Of a stretch of 64,000 nucleotides of DNA, positions 22,621 through 34,363 are shown one piece after another; position 1 is the stretch's first letter; every line of letters starts with the position of its first letter. The DNA is taken from NCBI GenBank assembly GCA_050575255.1, contig JBNZDD010013731.1, positions 11,965,956-12,029,955 of the forward strand. Direction: 5' to 3'. The stretch comes from Harriotta raleighana (taxonomy: Eukaryota). The notes beneath the pieces are model-generated. The model was not told the DNA's origin, did no database searches, and saw only the letters and a list, made by a program, of their open reading frames with translations. The position numbers and the translations under genes are program-made.

Positions 22621-25600
22621 TTTATAAAGATTCATAAAGGTTCATCATAACTTAATTCAATTGACAATTTACAAAGGGCCAATAAAAAGCAGGATAGGGA
22701 GTGAGATAAAGTGTGTGGTTTCAAGTGGTGGATTCTCGAGAGTTTAGATTGACAAATGAAGAAGCTGCTATCGCACCTTTGATTTTAATCAGTTATATTA
22801 TAGAGCTAAAAGTCTGCATTAGCAGCATCTGATTGTCTAAGGGCTAGAGCAGTGGTGGCCAACCTGTGGCTAGCAGGCTGATAGTGGCCCATAGAATAGC
22901 CAGCTGTCCAGAGTGGGTAGTAATAATAAGCCTTGCATTTGATATTTATTGCCTTATCATGTCTTTAAGACGTCCCGGTAAGTTAGAAATTTTAGTCCTT
23001 GCCTCACTGGATACTGAGTTCTTTTCCCTTGGTGTGATGATATATCGGGAGTTCACTGTATTTAATGATTACATATCAACCTGTGAAGTTTCAGTTTAAA
23101 ATCTGAATTCTCAGTGTGATTCAAAAAAAAATTGTGAAATTGTTCACACCATATTTCTCTGATTTTGTTGCATTTCCCTCACAGGATAGTCTAGCATTCC
23201 CCTCACTAAACAATGTTTACTTTCTTCATTCCATTTAAAATCATGTATATGTCCATCAAGTTCATCAAGTCCCCTTTAAGTTGTCGCCTTTGAAAACTGA
23301 AGAGCCTTGTCTAATTGTTGCATATACTTCATTCCTCCCAACATGACAGAGGACTAGGTGCTATGAGACTATGTTGCATACAAGTAGGCTTTGCTTGTGT
23401 TTGAGATTTTAATTTATTTGCGCATTAGTTATCGCTTCACTGTAGAATACTAGTGTGTTTGGTTCTGGTTGTATATATTTTAGTTGTCTCTTCAAAGAAA
23501 AGCAAAAATAATTCATTTGACAGGATAACATATTCCAAAGTGAATGAAGATGCATCATTTTCACATCATGCAGCTGGCTTCACCCATTATACTGTATATT
23601 ATAAGTAATTGTTGCTTTAGGGGCTGATGATTGGCCGCTTCATCATATTGGGGTGGCATCCTCGTCACAATTTTGTTTGTTGACGGGATGCATTCGCCAT
23701 TGCATTCCAGGTAATGGCAATGGCTGTGTGGTTTGCAATTCTGTTTCTCTGTTAGTTAAAAAATCCAATATTCTAAAACCAGCCATGCTGTGATTGCCGC
23801 CAGACAGAATGTTTTCATATGTTTTTTTTTCTCTCTGTGTATATTATAATTACATTATAGGCCATGTAATTGAATAGATTTTGGCGAAAGACATAAATAA
23901 CGGTGTATTACACATCATATGGATTGCTATTGTACAATCCACTATGTATTTGCTTTTCTTCCTGAAATCAGTTAGTCCTGACAGCTTAATTGTCTTGGCC
24001 TTTTGAATTTCCGCTAGTGGTTGCCCAGCACAGTCAGTGCTTTCAACTAAAGTGTACCGCTTTGGGCAGGAGGTAGGTTTAAAGAGTAGGATTGACACCA
24101 TGATCAGGCACTGTCAACTTGACTGTGGATAATGAGGTAGAAAGGAGCCAGCTGTTATGAAGCAGCTTTAAGACAGAGAGAGGGGAAAAAATCCCCAAAA
24201 GCATCCAGCTGAGTGATGTATGGAATTGCACAATCTTCACAGCGACATTGTACATGTCATTATTAAGGCTGAGTACAACTCCACTAGATGGATTAGCTTC
24301 AACAGAAAGCTGAGGACGTTTATCAAGAGTGCAGTTTGGAGATGAGTCAGCCATGAGCAATGTCTATCATGTTGTGGACTGTTCAAATGTACTGAAAGAA
24401 AAAAAAACTGACAGGTATGTCTATTTTTAGTTCCCAAGTCTCTGTATAAACAAAACAGCATGCTTTTGGACTATGTTAATGAGCTGTGGTTGATAAATGC
24501 ATTGTCATTTACATTCAGTTGTGATTTCAGTTAGACACAGATTAAATTCCAGAAGGATCAGGCAATACTGTCCCAAGTTTGTGCTTTAAAAATTTGAAGT
24601 TCAAGATTCTATTGGAATTGAATTAATCATTTGCACCAGGGATACAGCACAATAGCTGTAGTTATATTATGTGTATCATGTGAACACTTAGATTTTTTTT
24701 TACTTAACTTTGAAAACATTATGTTATAACTTGCAATTATTCACCACCATCCATATAAAATGAATGTCATGAAACAGATGGGGATTGCTGTGGAGGGGTC
24801 TTTGAAGGTGTTCAGTAAAGGCACGGTCTAAAAAATAAGTTTCTTTAAGAGCATTTTGAAGGCAATGATAGAAGGTACTAGGTGAAGGGAAATTATATTA
24901 TTGGAGCAGTTTTTAAGCTGTACACAGAGAAACTGTTACCTTTAGAACAAGCTGAGAATGCAGTGAAAGGAAAAAAATTGAATCCATAGTAAATCCAGTT
25001 GACACCATATCATTATTTAAAACTTCAGACTACTCCTGGCTTACAGGCAAGGTGCAGATTTGTAAATAATAATAATAATCCTTTCATTTGATATGTTTGA
25101 TACTCTACACCATGTCATCTTGTACTGCTTGTTTGGCATTAATTCTTGTCGTACATTTTACTACCAAGCTGTCAGTTAAACCAGAAAGTAAAATCGTAAC
25201 ACTACTTGACTATTTCCAGTGAAGTCAAAGCTTTGCAAACCTATAAAAGAAGTCAGCATGAGGTTCTACAATAGATTGACAGTCAGTTCACTTTGCAGTA
25301 TATTCTGTGAAGTGCTTTGAGACATCTCAGAGACATAAAATTCAAGAATTATTGTAGATTGTTTAATGTTGGCACCTAGAATCTCGATCTTCATGAAATT
25401 ATGTGGTTTTCACCCACCTGTTGACTATTCAAGAATGATTTTGTGATAAACGAGAGCTTCAGTAATGAACCAAGGGAACAATATCTGCCTTCCAAAATCT
25501 GATCCTTTATTTAAAAATATTAAGTTCCATTCACTTACTTGCCTCTAATTTCCTTCACTCTCCATCACCTAAAGGCACAAACTGATGTTGGGTTTTTGTT

Positions 25601-25903
25601 CCAGACATTTTCCACTACCCTGTCCAATTGTGAAAGTCACAAGTCAGTCAGAAGGAAAGTTGTTCAAATGGAGGTGGGGCATCACATCTAAACATAATCC
25701 TGTCTTCGACCGTGTCCATCCATGTGGACATCTGAACCTTGCCAACTGCATAGATCTCTGAAATGGAGACACAACCTGATTTTTGTCTCCTTGGTTGAGT
25801 TGATCCACATCAGGAGAGGAGGTAGCTAACTCAGAACAGAGCAGGGTTTATACCAGCTATTCCATGGGGCTGACTTTCACTTTAAGATGTGGTTTTACTA
25901 CTA

Positions 25904-26101
25904 TTAATAATCCTTGCATCTGGAAGTTTAAAAGCGCTTCACAGAATATACTATAAAGTGAATTGACTGTATATTTGCGGGTGAAACACGACAGCCAATT
26001 ACGCACAGCAGTGAGTGTCGCATAAACAGTCATGGATTGAGTTACCAAATTTATTTTTTGAGGGATTATCAGGTGTGTGGAATAAGGAAATTTGCCCAAG
26101 A
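25904..26101 (-). mobile_element. SINE family A, 5'-truncated
   Basis: Matches the body and tail of the family. Confidence 0.85.
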
Positions 26102-26503
26102 TTTACTGACTAAACCAGCTTGTGATTTTCTATAAGTATCACAATGTGGCAATCTGACATTAGGTGAAGAGATTGCTCACAGCTTTCTTTGCTCATTTAA
26201 AATAACTGTCTCTCTCTCCTCAACCCAAGGATCATTATAATGTTTGCCTCAGCTCCTGAACACTGACACCTGCTGGGATATGGTCCCTATGATGGGAGCA
26301 GCCCATTTGATACATCCACCAAGTGGACACTTTCTAAATTCGAGCTAAGATAGTTCCAGATGTGTCAGCAGGCCACACATACACAAACTGGCTGTACGCT
26401 CTTACTCTTCCAGTGCCTCTGAATTCCGTATTTTTCTGTTTCTTAGCCCATTTACCTGTCTCTTGTCCCTCTCTTGCTAACCCAAGTCTTTATGAAACTT
26501 TGT

Positions 26504-26806
26504 GGAGTCCTGTAACTCATTGGTTAGAGCACTCTCCTACAAACGAGAGACCTGGGTTCAGTTTCAGGCAGGGCGAAACCTTGGGCAAGTTCCCTTACCT
26601 AAAAATAATTCCTCAAAAAACAATACCTTAATAATTTTGTCACTTCAATTCACGACTGTTTGTGGGAGAATACTGTGCGCAATTGGCTTCCACATTTATA
26701 GTCCACATACAGTAAATAGTCAATTCACTTTACAGTATATTCCGTGAAGCGTTTTGACATCTAGAAGACATAAAAAAGTGCTATATCAAATGCAAGGATT
26801 ATTATT
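26504..26806 (+). mobile_element. SINE family A, full length
   Basis: GGAGTCCTGTAACTCATTGGTTAGAGCAC...GGTTCA (B box)...GCAAGGATTATTATT. Confidence 0.9.
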
Positions 26807-28036
26807 TGTTTCAACAGAGTAAATTGCACAGAATATCAAGCGGATTAGTTAGCATTCTCGGGATTTATCCTTTAACCTGCATTTCTTTTTTAATGGGGAA
26901 AGCAAATCTAGCCAGAGTACTTTTGGTGTGAAATGAAACAATTCTCAGTTTTCTGTAGAGGTGTGCATTCTTTGTTTTAATATAAGATTTATGACTCATT
27001 TTCTCTGCATAGGCCACCCAAAGATGCTCATTGCTAGGCATAGCTGGAGTGGCTCGATTCAGTTTATCAGGCATATTGCAGCAGATCCAGACACACTTAT
27101 TCCCAGGGGACATTCAATACCAGCAACTGTTGTACAATTTCTGGTCTGTATCCAACATTCTCAATATTACATTAAAGATTCTCAAAAATGTGGTTGTGTT
27201 ATTGAAACTATAACGTTAACCCCAAATATATTTTAACTGCTTGACCAATCATTTTTAAAAAAATCTATGAACAAATCACATTGCTCAATGCTATGAGCAG
27301 TTGCATATTGGCCATTGCGATCCCTTTCCCTCGTTGGCCTTTTCAGAGAAAATTCCAAAATACATAAATGGAGTTTAATGTGTGGCAATATTTGGAGTGC
27401 TGCCGAATGGCAGATGGTAGACAAAATTTACATTTTGAACATTTATTTTTAACAGTATGATGATGTGAAAAGGGCAGGGTAGCTGGCTGGTAGTCAGGTG
27501 TGAGGCTGGATTCACTAATTTGACAGAAAAAATGATGCAGCATTGAAGCTTTATCAATGCATCCTTCGGGGATGGACCATTTATGCTTTGAAATCTGGTA
27601 ACCTAGGACATTAACTGAAGTCACTGATAGAAGTAAGGATGTGGTAGGTAAATTTTTGCTAATTTTCTTCCAGCACTTAGCTAGATTAAACACTCAAAGG
27701 AGTTTTTCCCATCTGCATTTTACCAGATGTTAAGAAATATTTTTTTCATACATTGCAACTCTTTCTTCATTTAATGTTGCTGTAAATTTAACAATTACTT
27801 AATTTTGTGACAGAATGAAATTAAAATGATGACGATCTTTGGATTATAGTGTATTAATCAAGAGAAACCCCTTTGTATGTGAGCACATTTTTGATGTTTT
27901 TATTGTAACTGTGTATCATACAGATGTACATTTTATTTTCAAAGGATTTTATTCAGATCATAGTACACCCTTTATTTTAATTGGTTCCAAGCCTTCCAGA
28001 TTACATTAAGTGACTGACTGAAAAAGGAACCTGTTA

Positions 28037-28671
28037 CAATAAAACCCCGTTTATCCGGCACCCACGGAACCTGGCCAGTCGTGGTTAAGCAATTGAATGA
28101 TTTGTTAATTTAAAAAAAAAATTAAAAAAATATTTTAACATATACCATATTAATAATAGACTAAGTAATAACAGATAATAACAATAGTGTATGGATATTT
28201 ATTGTAAATGTTGTACATTGTACTGTATAAATAATAGAGTAAATACAGTAATGACGGATACTGTAATAACAGAATATTGTATGGCTTTTATTGTAAATGT
28301 TATATACTGCTACTATATAATAGACTAAATACACTAATAACAGATACTATAATAGCAAAATATTATATTAGTACTTTATTTATACTTAACTTCGCAGCAT
28401 CGAGAGGAAAACAAAACAGCAAAATGGCGACTTTTTTAAAAAAAAAGGCAGTTATCGCGATATTTCAAAGGAGCAGGATTGAGTTTAGACTTGACTAGCG
28501 GCCAACTGAAATACCTGCACTAATACTCACGTGCGACAATCGATTCATTAAATGCGTCATCATTATTTTGCCGGATAACTTCCAGTGTATCTAATCGGGA
28601 CTTTTTTTTCTGAGGTTCTGGTTCAATGGGGTTTCCGGTTCATCGAGTCACAGATAAACAGGGTTTTACTG
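28037..28671. mobile_element. MITE family B (Tc1/mariner-type) with expanded internal AT-rich repeats
   Basis: TA|CAATAAAACCCCGTTTATC ... GATAAACAGGGTTTTACTG; body homologous to 38805-39190 and 45969-46410. Confidence 0.85.
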
Positions 28672-29359
28672 CATATTTGTTGCTGTTCATGGTGAGACTG
28701 AGAATGGGATCAAGGTACTAGTGGGCCTGATGATGTTCCTCGTACAGTACCATCCCTGGCAGGAAAGCAGTAATAATATTCTGCTTGCAATGAATTGCAA
28801 CTCCTGATCCATATTTTCTTTAGTTCTATATTTTTAATTGGTGGATTATTTGTAACATAATTGCAGTGGTTAACTGGTCTTTTGGCTCCCTTAAGCAATG
28901 GTGTAAATTTATATATTTATTTCAGAAACCATAACGGTATTATATGTAAGATTCATTTATAACCCAGTGCATATTACTGTACTTTGAAACATAATTGTAT
29001 TTTTATCTTAATCTATGAATTTTGTCTTAGAATCCAGTGCCTTGGGACATCTTCCCGATGTGAAAGGCGCTCTACAAATGTAATTTTGTTGTTGTTGTAT
29101 GAATGATTAATTTATGGCTTCTGTGTTTCTGTAGTTCTGTTTCATGCATCTGTGAAGCAGTCTGCATTTTACTTACCACCAGGCTGGAAACTAATGCATA
29201 AAGGAAAAAGGTTAACAACACCTGAATTTCTATATCACCTATCACGGTGGGTAACAGCTCAAGTGTTTTAAGAACGTAGAAGCAGTAAATTCACAGGAAA
29301 TCTTTCAGTATAGTACATATTAACTAACCACTACATATTGTAATTGTAAATTTAATATA

Positions 29360-31895
29360 ATGATGTTTTCTAGAAAAGAGATGTTCAATTTAGAAAGGAA
29401 AAAGAGCATAACTATTGCTTTTAAATTCAAAGCATCAAAGACGAAAACCCTGAAGAAAAACAAACTTCCAAAGTCCAACATTTCACTGAGTTTGAAGCAT
29501 AAAATGCAGAGAGTATTACGATATGGTAGAGATTTTAACTTGTCTAGATTCAGAGACTGCCATCCTTCTGTTGAAATTGCAACTGATATGTTTGTGTGTG
29601 GCCTCAAATCAGAGAATCCAAAGATTACGGATTCCAGCAGTGGAAGAATAGGCTCCAACTCATCTACAAACAAAGAAGTTAATTTGCCAGCAACAATATG
29701 TAGCATGGAGGAACAAATAATAAATGATTGTGCACAAGTCCAAGATACAATTGAACAAAATAGGACTCGTTTTCCAAACAGAGAACCTCTGGACAACACT
29801 CCATTGCTTCATGGTTTGCAAACACTTAACAACAAAGAAATATTCAATGAATTAAGCAGTCAAGATCTGCTCATTGATGTACCTGGTGTAAATGCTGATC
29901 AAACTGTCAGTGCTTACAGCTTATGCTTAGGTAATAAGTACTTCCTAAACCAGTCAGAGGATAATGTTGAATGTATACTTAAAGAGTTACAAGGAATTAA
30001 TAAATTACAAGAAGGAATTATAGACTTACGAACCCAATTGTCTTCGTTGAAGGGTTCAATGGATGAAGTGTCCATTTGTGTAGATGCTTTGTTTAATGAA
30101 ATAAAGTGGTTGAGGAATACATTTCAGTCAAATGACTTAAATACTGTGCACAATTTGGATGAAGTAATGGACCCACAAGAAGATGTAATGCTATGCTTTT
30201 ACAATGTTCCTGAAGAATTCAATGAAAATCTAGAAAATATAATTTACAATCTTTTATCTAAGGATGATTGTGTTGATGACATTAAACACCTGTTCCATAT
30301 CAAGGAAATGTATCGATCAGATTTGATGAGGAACATTCAAGTTGGAGAACCGAGGCCCATTATAGCAATGTGTATCAGTCCTGAACACTGGGATCTCTTC
30401 TCCACCAAATGTTACCAGTTACAGAGCATGGGGATTGACGTTTCCATCTACATATCCTCAACAAGACATAAGCATAATTTGCTGCCTTCAGTGAATGCTG
30501 CGGTAGAGATGGGTTTGAATGAACACAAAAGGAAAACCTTCAAGCTTTGTGATAAGGAACCTGAAGGCACACTTAGTGGAATATTCAGTGGCTTAGAAGC
30601 TGGATCAGCTTTGTTACTCAGTAAGATTGATGAATTTGCCAAGACAGAAAGTCAAATTGATAAAGAAAAATGCTACTTTTGCAATCCAGTTGAAGTATAT
30701 GGTTTGTCACCGAAAACAAAAGATGAGTTTTCTATTGAGTGTAAGACTGACCAGAAGCTGAATGCTGATAGTTTGCTCATGGAAGAGTCTTCAGAGGTTC
30801 CTGAATATTTTTGGGATTTTGCAGAATATTGTGAGTTATCCTCAGAAGATTTGACTGTGCTGGAGCAAACTAAGGACCTGACTCGTGTGGAGGAAGATGA
30901 TTTAATGTTCCAGGAAGAAAAATATCATATTGAAATAACTCCCCCAAATCAGCTGGTGGCATCCTGCAGTGAAACATGTCAAATATCTACCAGTCAGATA
31001 ACACTATTGCATAATCATGAAGTGGAGAACTATATATCATCTGTGCAAAATGATTTTTATATAAATTTATCAGACGATGTGTATGACCGAGATTACGACA
31101 ATAATATACCTTTGCCTTGCAGTAAAGCTGAATGTTTGCTGAAAAGCACAGGTGCTGAAAAATATAGAAATTGCCATTGTAAATGTGACTATCAGGAATG
31201 GGGTCATTTTGTGGAGCAAGAAATAGATGGAAATCCCAAGAAGGAAAGCGTTCCTTCAGCGGATCTGAGGTCCAGCTTGAAAAGATTGGGAGAAAGGCTT
31301 CTACATTTGAAATCTGTTCTGAAGGCAGTATTTATGAGTTTAGAGAGTAAGAGCTCACAGAATCCTACAGATTCACTGTATGTTGATGCCAAAAAGTTTC
31401 AGAGCAGGAATCCAAAAAAGAACTGTTCGTTATATAAAAAGGATGATTTGAGGAAAGTAAATGAAGGCAACAGTGGAAATCAACATGAGGATTTTGCAAA
31501 AGAAGCTTGTGGCACATTAGTAGAGAATCTCACTGCACATCCACAGCCACCTTCAGCAAAAGGTTCATCCACTTGTTATCAACCTTCAGCACTCACCAGT
31601 ACACCTTGGAGGCTACTGCTTTACAAAGCTAAAGAGGCTTTTTCAGATCAAGGGCTACTTTCTTCTTGTGAAAGAGTCAAAATAAATGTCAACCATGACA
31701 AAAATAGTTTCTTAGATAGTTCCTCTAAATGCAGAGCCAGTGCTCCACAGACTGTGTCCGGAGATACTGAATATTTAAGCAAACGCATGACTCATTTTAG
31801 AAATGTTCTTGAAGAAAGACAACAAAGAACCTTAAAAGGCATAGAACATCATGACCACGTGATATCAGCTGATGAACAGGAAGCAAGAGTACAAG
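29360..31895 (+). CDS. unc13b: Alternative N-terminal coding exon of the bMunc13-2-type isoform (about 845 codons); reads on to TAA at 31984 if unspliced
   Basis: 874-aa ORF between the CaM exon and the common exons, where the brain-type N-terminus sits in mammals. Has a coiled coil ILKELQGI...EIKWLR and KRMTHFRNVLEERQQR, resembling the bMunc13-2 CaM site FKNVLREKR. Donor CAAG|GTATAT (phase 1); possible upstream acceptor TTTCTGTAG| at 29134. The start ATG is uncertain. Confidence 0.85.
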
Positions 31896-32891
31896 GTATA
31901 TCAGATACACCCATGAAACAATCTAGAAATGACATTACCCTCCATTACTGCGTGTCCTTTCCCTCCAAAAAGTCATTTATTTAATTGCCTGCTTGAATTT
32001 TGTGTTTGTACAAATAGTGGTTTTGTGAATTTGTGAATCTTTAAGATAATGATATTTGCAGGACAACATTTTAATCATTAACATACGGATATTAATAACA
32101 AAATTGTATTGAAGCACTGCTCCTCTTTTGCCAATAATTGTTCAGTCTGAATGAATAAAATAAATGATTGTATCTGAGATGCATCTGAATGCAAGAACCT
32201 GTCTCACTAAGTACATTATAATGATATTTTTCTTATTAATGACTTTTCCAATATGTTTCCATTATTCACAATGTAATGTTTTGTTGCTGAACAAAATGGA
32301 TATAATCTGGACTAATCACTTCTGAGCTATCTTCTAAATATCTAAAGGCTCAGAAACGTAGTCAATAATGAAATTTTTACTTTTAACTTTTAACATCCAA
32401 TTCCCATTCAAGTTCATTTTGTTTCTGCAATTGTCAGCAGTAACAAATATTAATGACAGCATTTTTTTCTCAAAATTCTTCTTGGGCTTTTTGACAACAA
32501 CAACAAAATTGCATTTATAGAGCATCTTTCAGGTCGTGTGGATGTCCCAAGGGCTTGACATCAAACTACACGATCTGAATCAAGATATCTTCAAAATATT
32601 GAAGAACATGTAATAAACCTCCCAGAGAAGAGTTATATTTTGTGTTATTAAGTAAATATTCCAACTGAAGTTCTTCAGTGGATTATTTATGAAGCACTGA
32701 GTAGTTTTTCATCTTTGATCTTTGCCCAAGTACCCTAGGCCGAGAACTGTGATGGCAATGCTTCTCCCAGGTCTGAGTGAGGCTCCATGTTACAAGGTGT
32801 GCTTCTTAGGAACCATATGACTTCTATTCTGTGCTTTCTTGTGATACCACAAATACGATTAGTCACTGGCTTGGGCATTAAATAAATAACT

Positions 32892-33172
32892 AATAATTAA
32901 TCCTTGTATTTGATATAGTGTTTTTCACGTCTTCTAGACGTCTCAAAGAGCTTCGCCAAATATACTGTAAAGTGAATTGACTGCCACTGTAAAGTGAATT
33001 AACTGTGAAATGTGGCATCCAATTGTGCACAGCAGTGTCCCACAAACAATCATGAACTGAAATGGCCAATTTTTTTTTGAAGGAATAAGGAAACTTGCCC
33101 ATGGCTTTGCCCTGCCAAGAATTGAACCCAGGACTCTTGCTTGCAAGGCGAGTGCATTAACCGCTGAGTTCC
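32892..33172 (-). mobile_element. SINE family A
   Basis: Reverse-complement match, with a small internal duplication of ACTGTAAAGTGAATT. Confidence 0.88.
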
Positions 33173-34340
33173 ATGATTAACAATGCAAATGCCATCCTGT
33201 CATTCCGTGACATACACTTGGAGTTACAGTGTGCTATTCTTAAATTTTTAAATTGCTAGAATCTTGATAATTAAATAAGAACATAGAATAAACATAGATA
33301 CTTGAATAGTGATCTCTGCTTTTTAATGAATTGTATGCAGCTTTCACTAATTCTGCAGTATATAACTGGTGCATTATAGTGTATTTGTAAACTTGCTGGT
33401 CATAAATGGAGCTGAAACAGAATTGGCGGAAGGAGTATGATCTATATGAGACTTCACTGGGCTGTGTTGTAGCCTTGCTTTGTTACAAAATAAATCAAAA
33501 TAAATTGTAAGGCACAATGTAATTAAGGATTTTTTTAAAATGTAGGATTCATCTTCAAGTTGAAACATAAGATTAGAGTCAGACTATTGCAGCTATTGTT
33601 TTTGCCACTGTATGAAAACATAGAAGGTATTTGCTCGGTATAGATGCAGTGCTCCCTGTCCCTACAAATAACTGGGAAATGGCCTCTGGGTTTTCAGTTG
33701 CCTCATGCTTATAATACATTTCTATGTGAGACAACATTGACCTCAAAGTCCTTCATGTATTATCCGATTAAAACCTACTAATTGCTTGGTTTGAAATTCA
33801 TTTTGATGAGCAATTCTATGGCAGTGAAGCAGTGTTCTTTTGGCATTTATTTACATATTACTGTAATTGGAAAAGATGTCCAGTTTATAAAGTTTGTTGA
33901 AATATCATCTTTTGTTTCGTGGAGCTAAAATGTCATTGCAACATTTGTTTTATATATTTGAAGCAAAACAAAACTAATTAATGGTGTGTCGAATAAAGAA
34001 ATGAGTGTGTGTTAATATGTTTGAAACTGAAACATGGCTACCCGATTTCAGTGTGGAAAATCTGATTAACTTTTCTCATGGATATCAGATCTAATTAACT
34101 GTTCAGAAGAATGGAAGTGGCAGTCAACATAATTGAGGCACTTATTAATAATCTTGGAAAATGGGTTGGATTAGAACATTCATCCATCCACCTGCTGGGA
34201 GGAAGGAGTAGAATAAAATGGTTTTAAAAAGGGAAGCAATGAAAATATTGCAGAATACTTGGAATATTCCAATAATAATGTGTAATACAAGGAAGAGATT
34301 ATCTGCACTCATAATCTTTTCCCTTGTTTTCTCTTTTCAG

Positions 34341-34363
34341 AAGGGTGTACTGCAGATGGACAG
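34341..34363 (+). CDS. unc13b: unc13b 23-nt linker microexon (E)GCTADGQ, phase 1-0, joining the b-type N-terminal exon to the common exons
   Basis: Strong acceptor TTTTCTCTTTTCAG| and donor CAG|GTTAAA. Its length converts the phase-1 donor at 31895 exactly to the phase-0 acceptor at 35940. Confidence 0.75.

Noticed and set aside
29360-31984. 874-aa ORF as a recent LINE insertion or separate gene
   Set aside because: No ORF2, poly(A) tail or target-site duplication seen; it has a phase-compatible splice path into unc13b. Only an internal module looks ORF1p-like.
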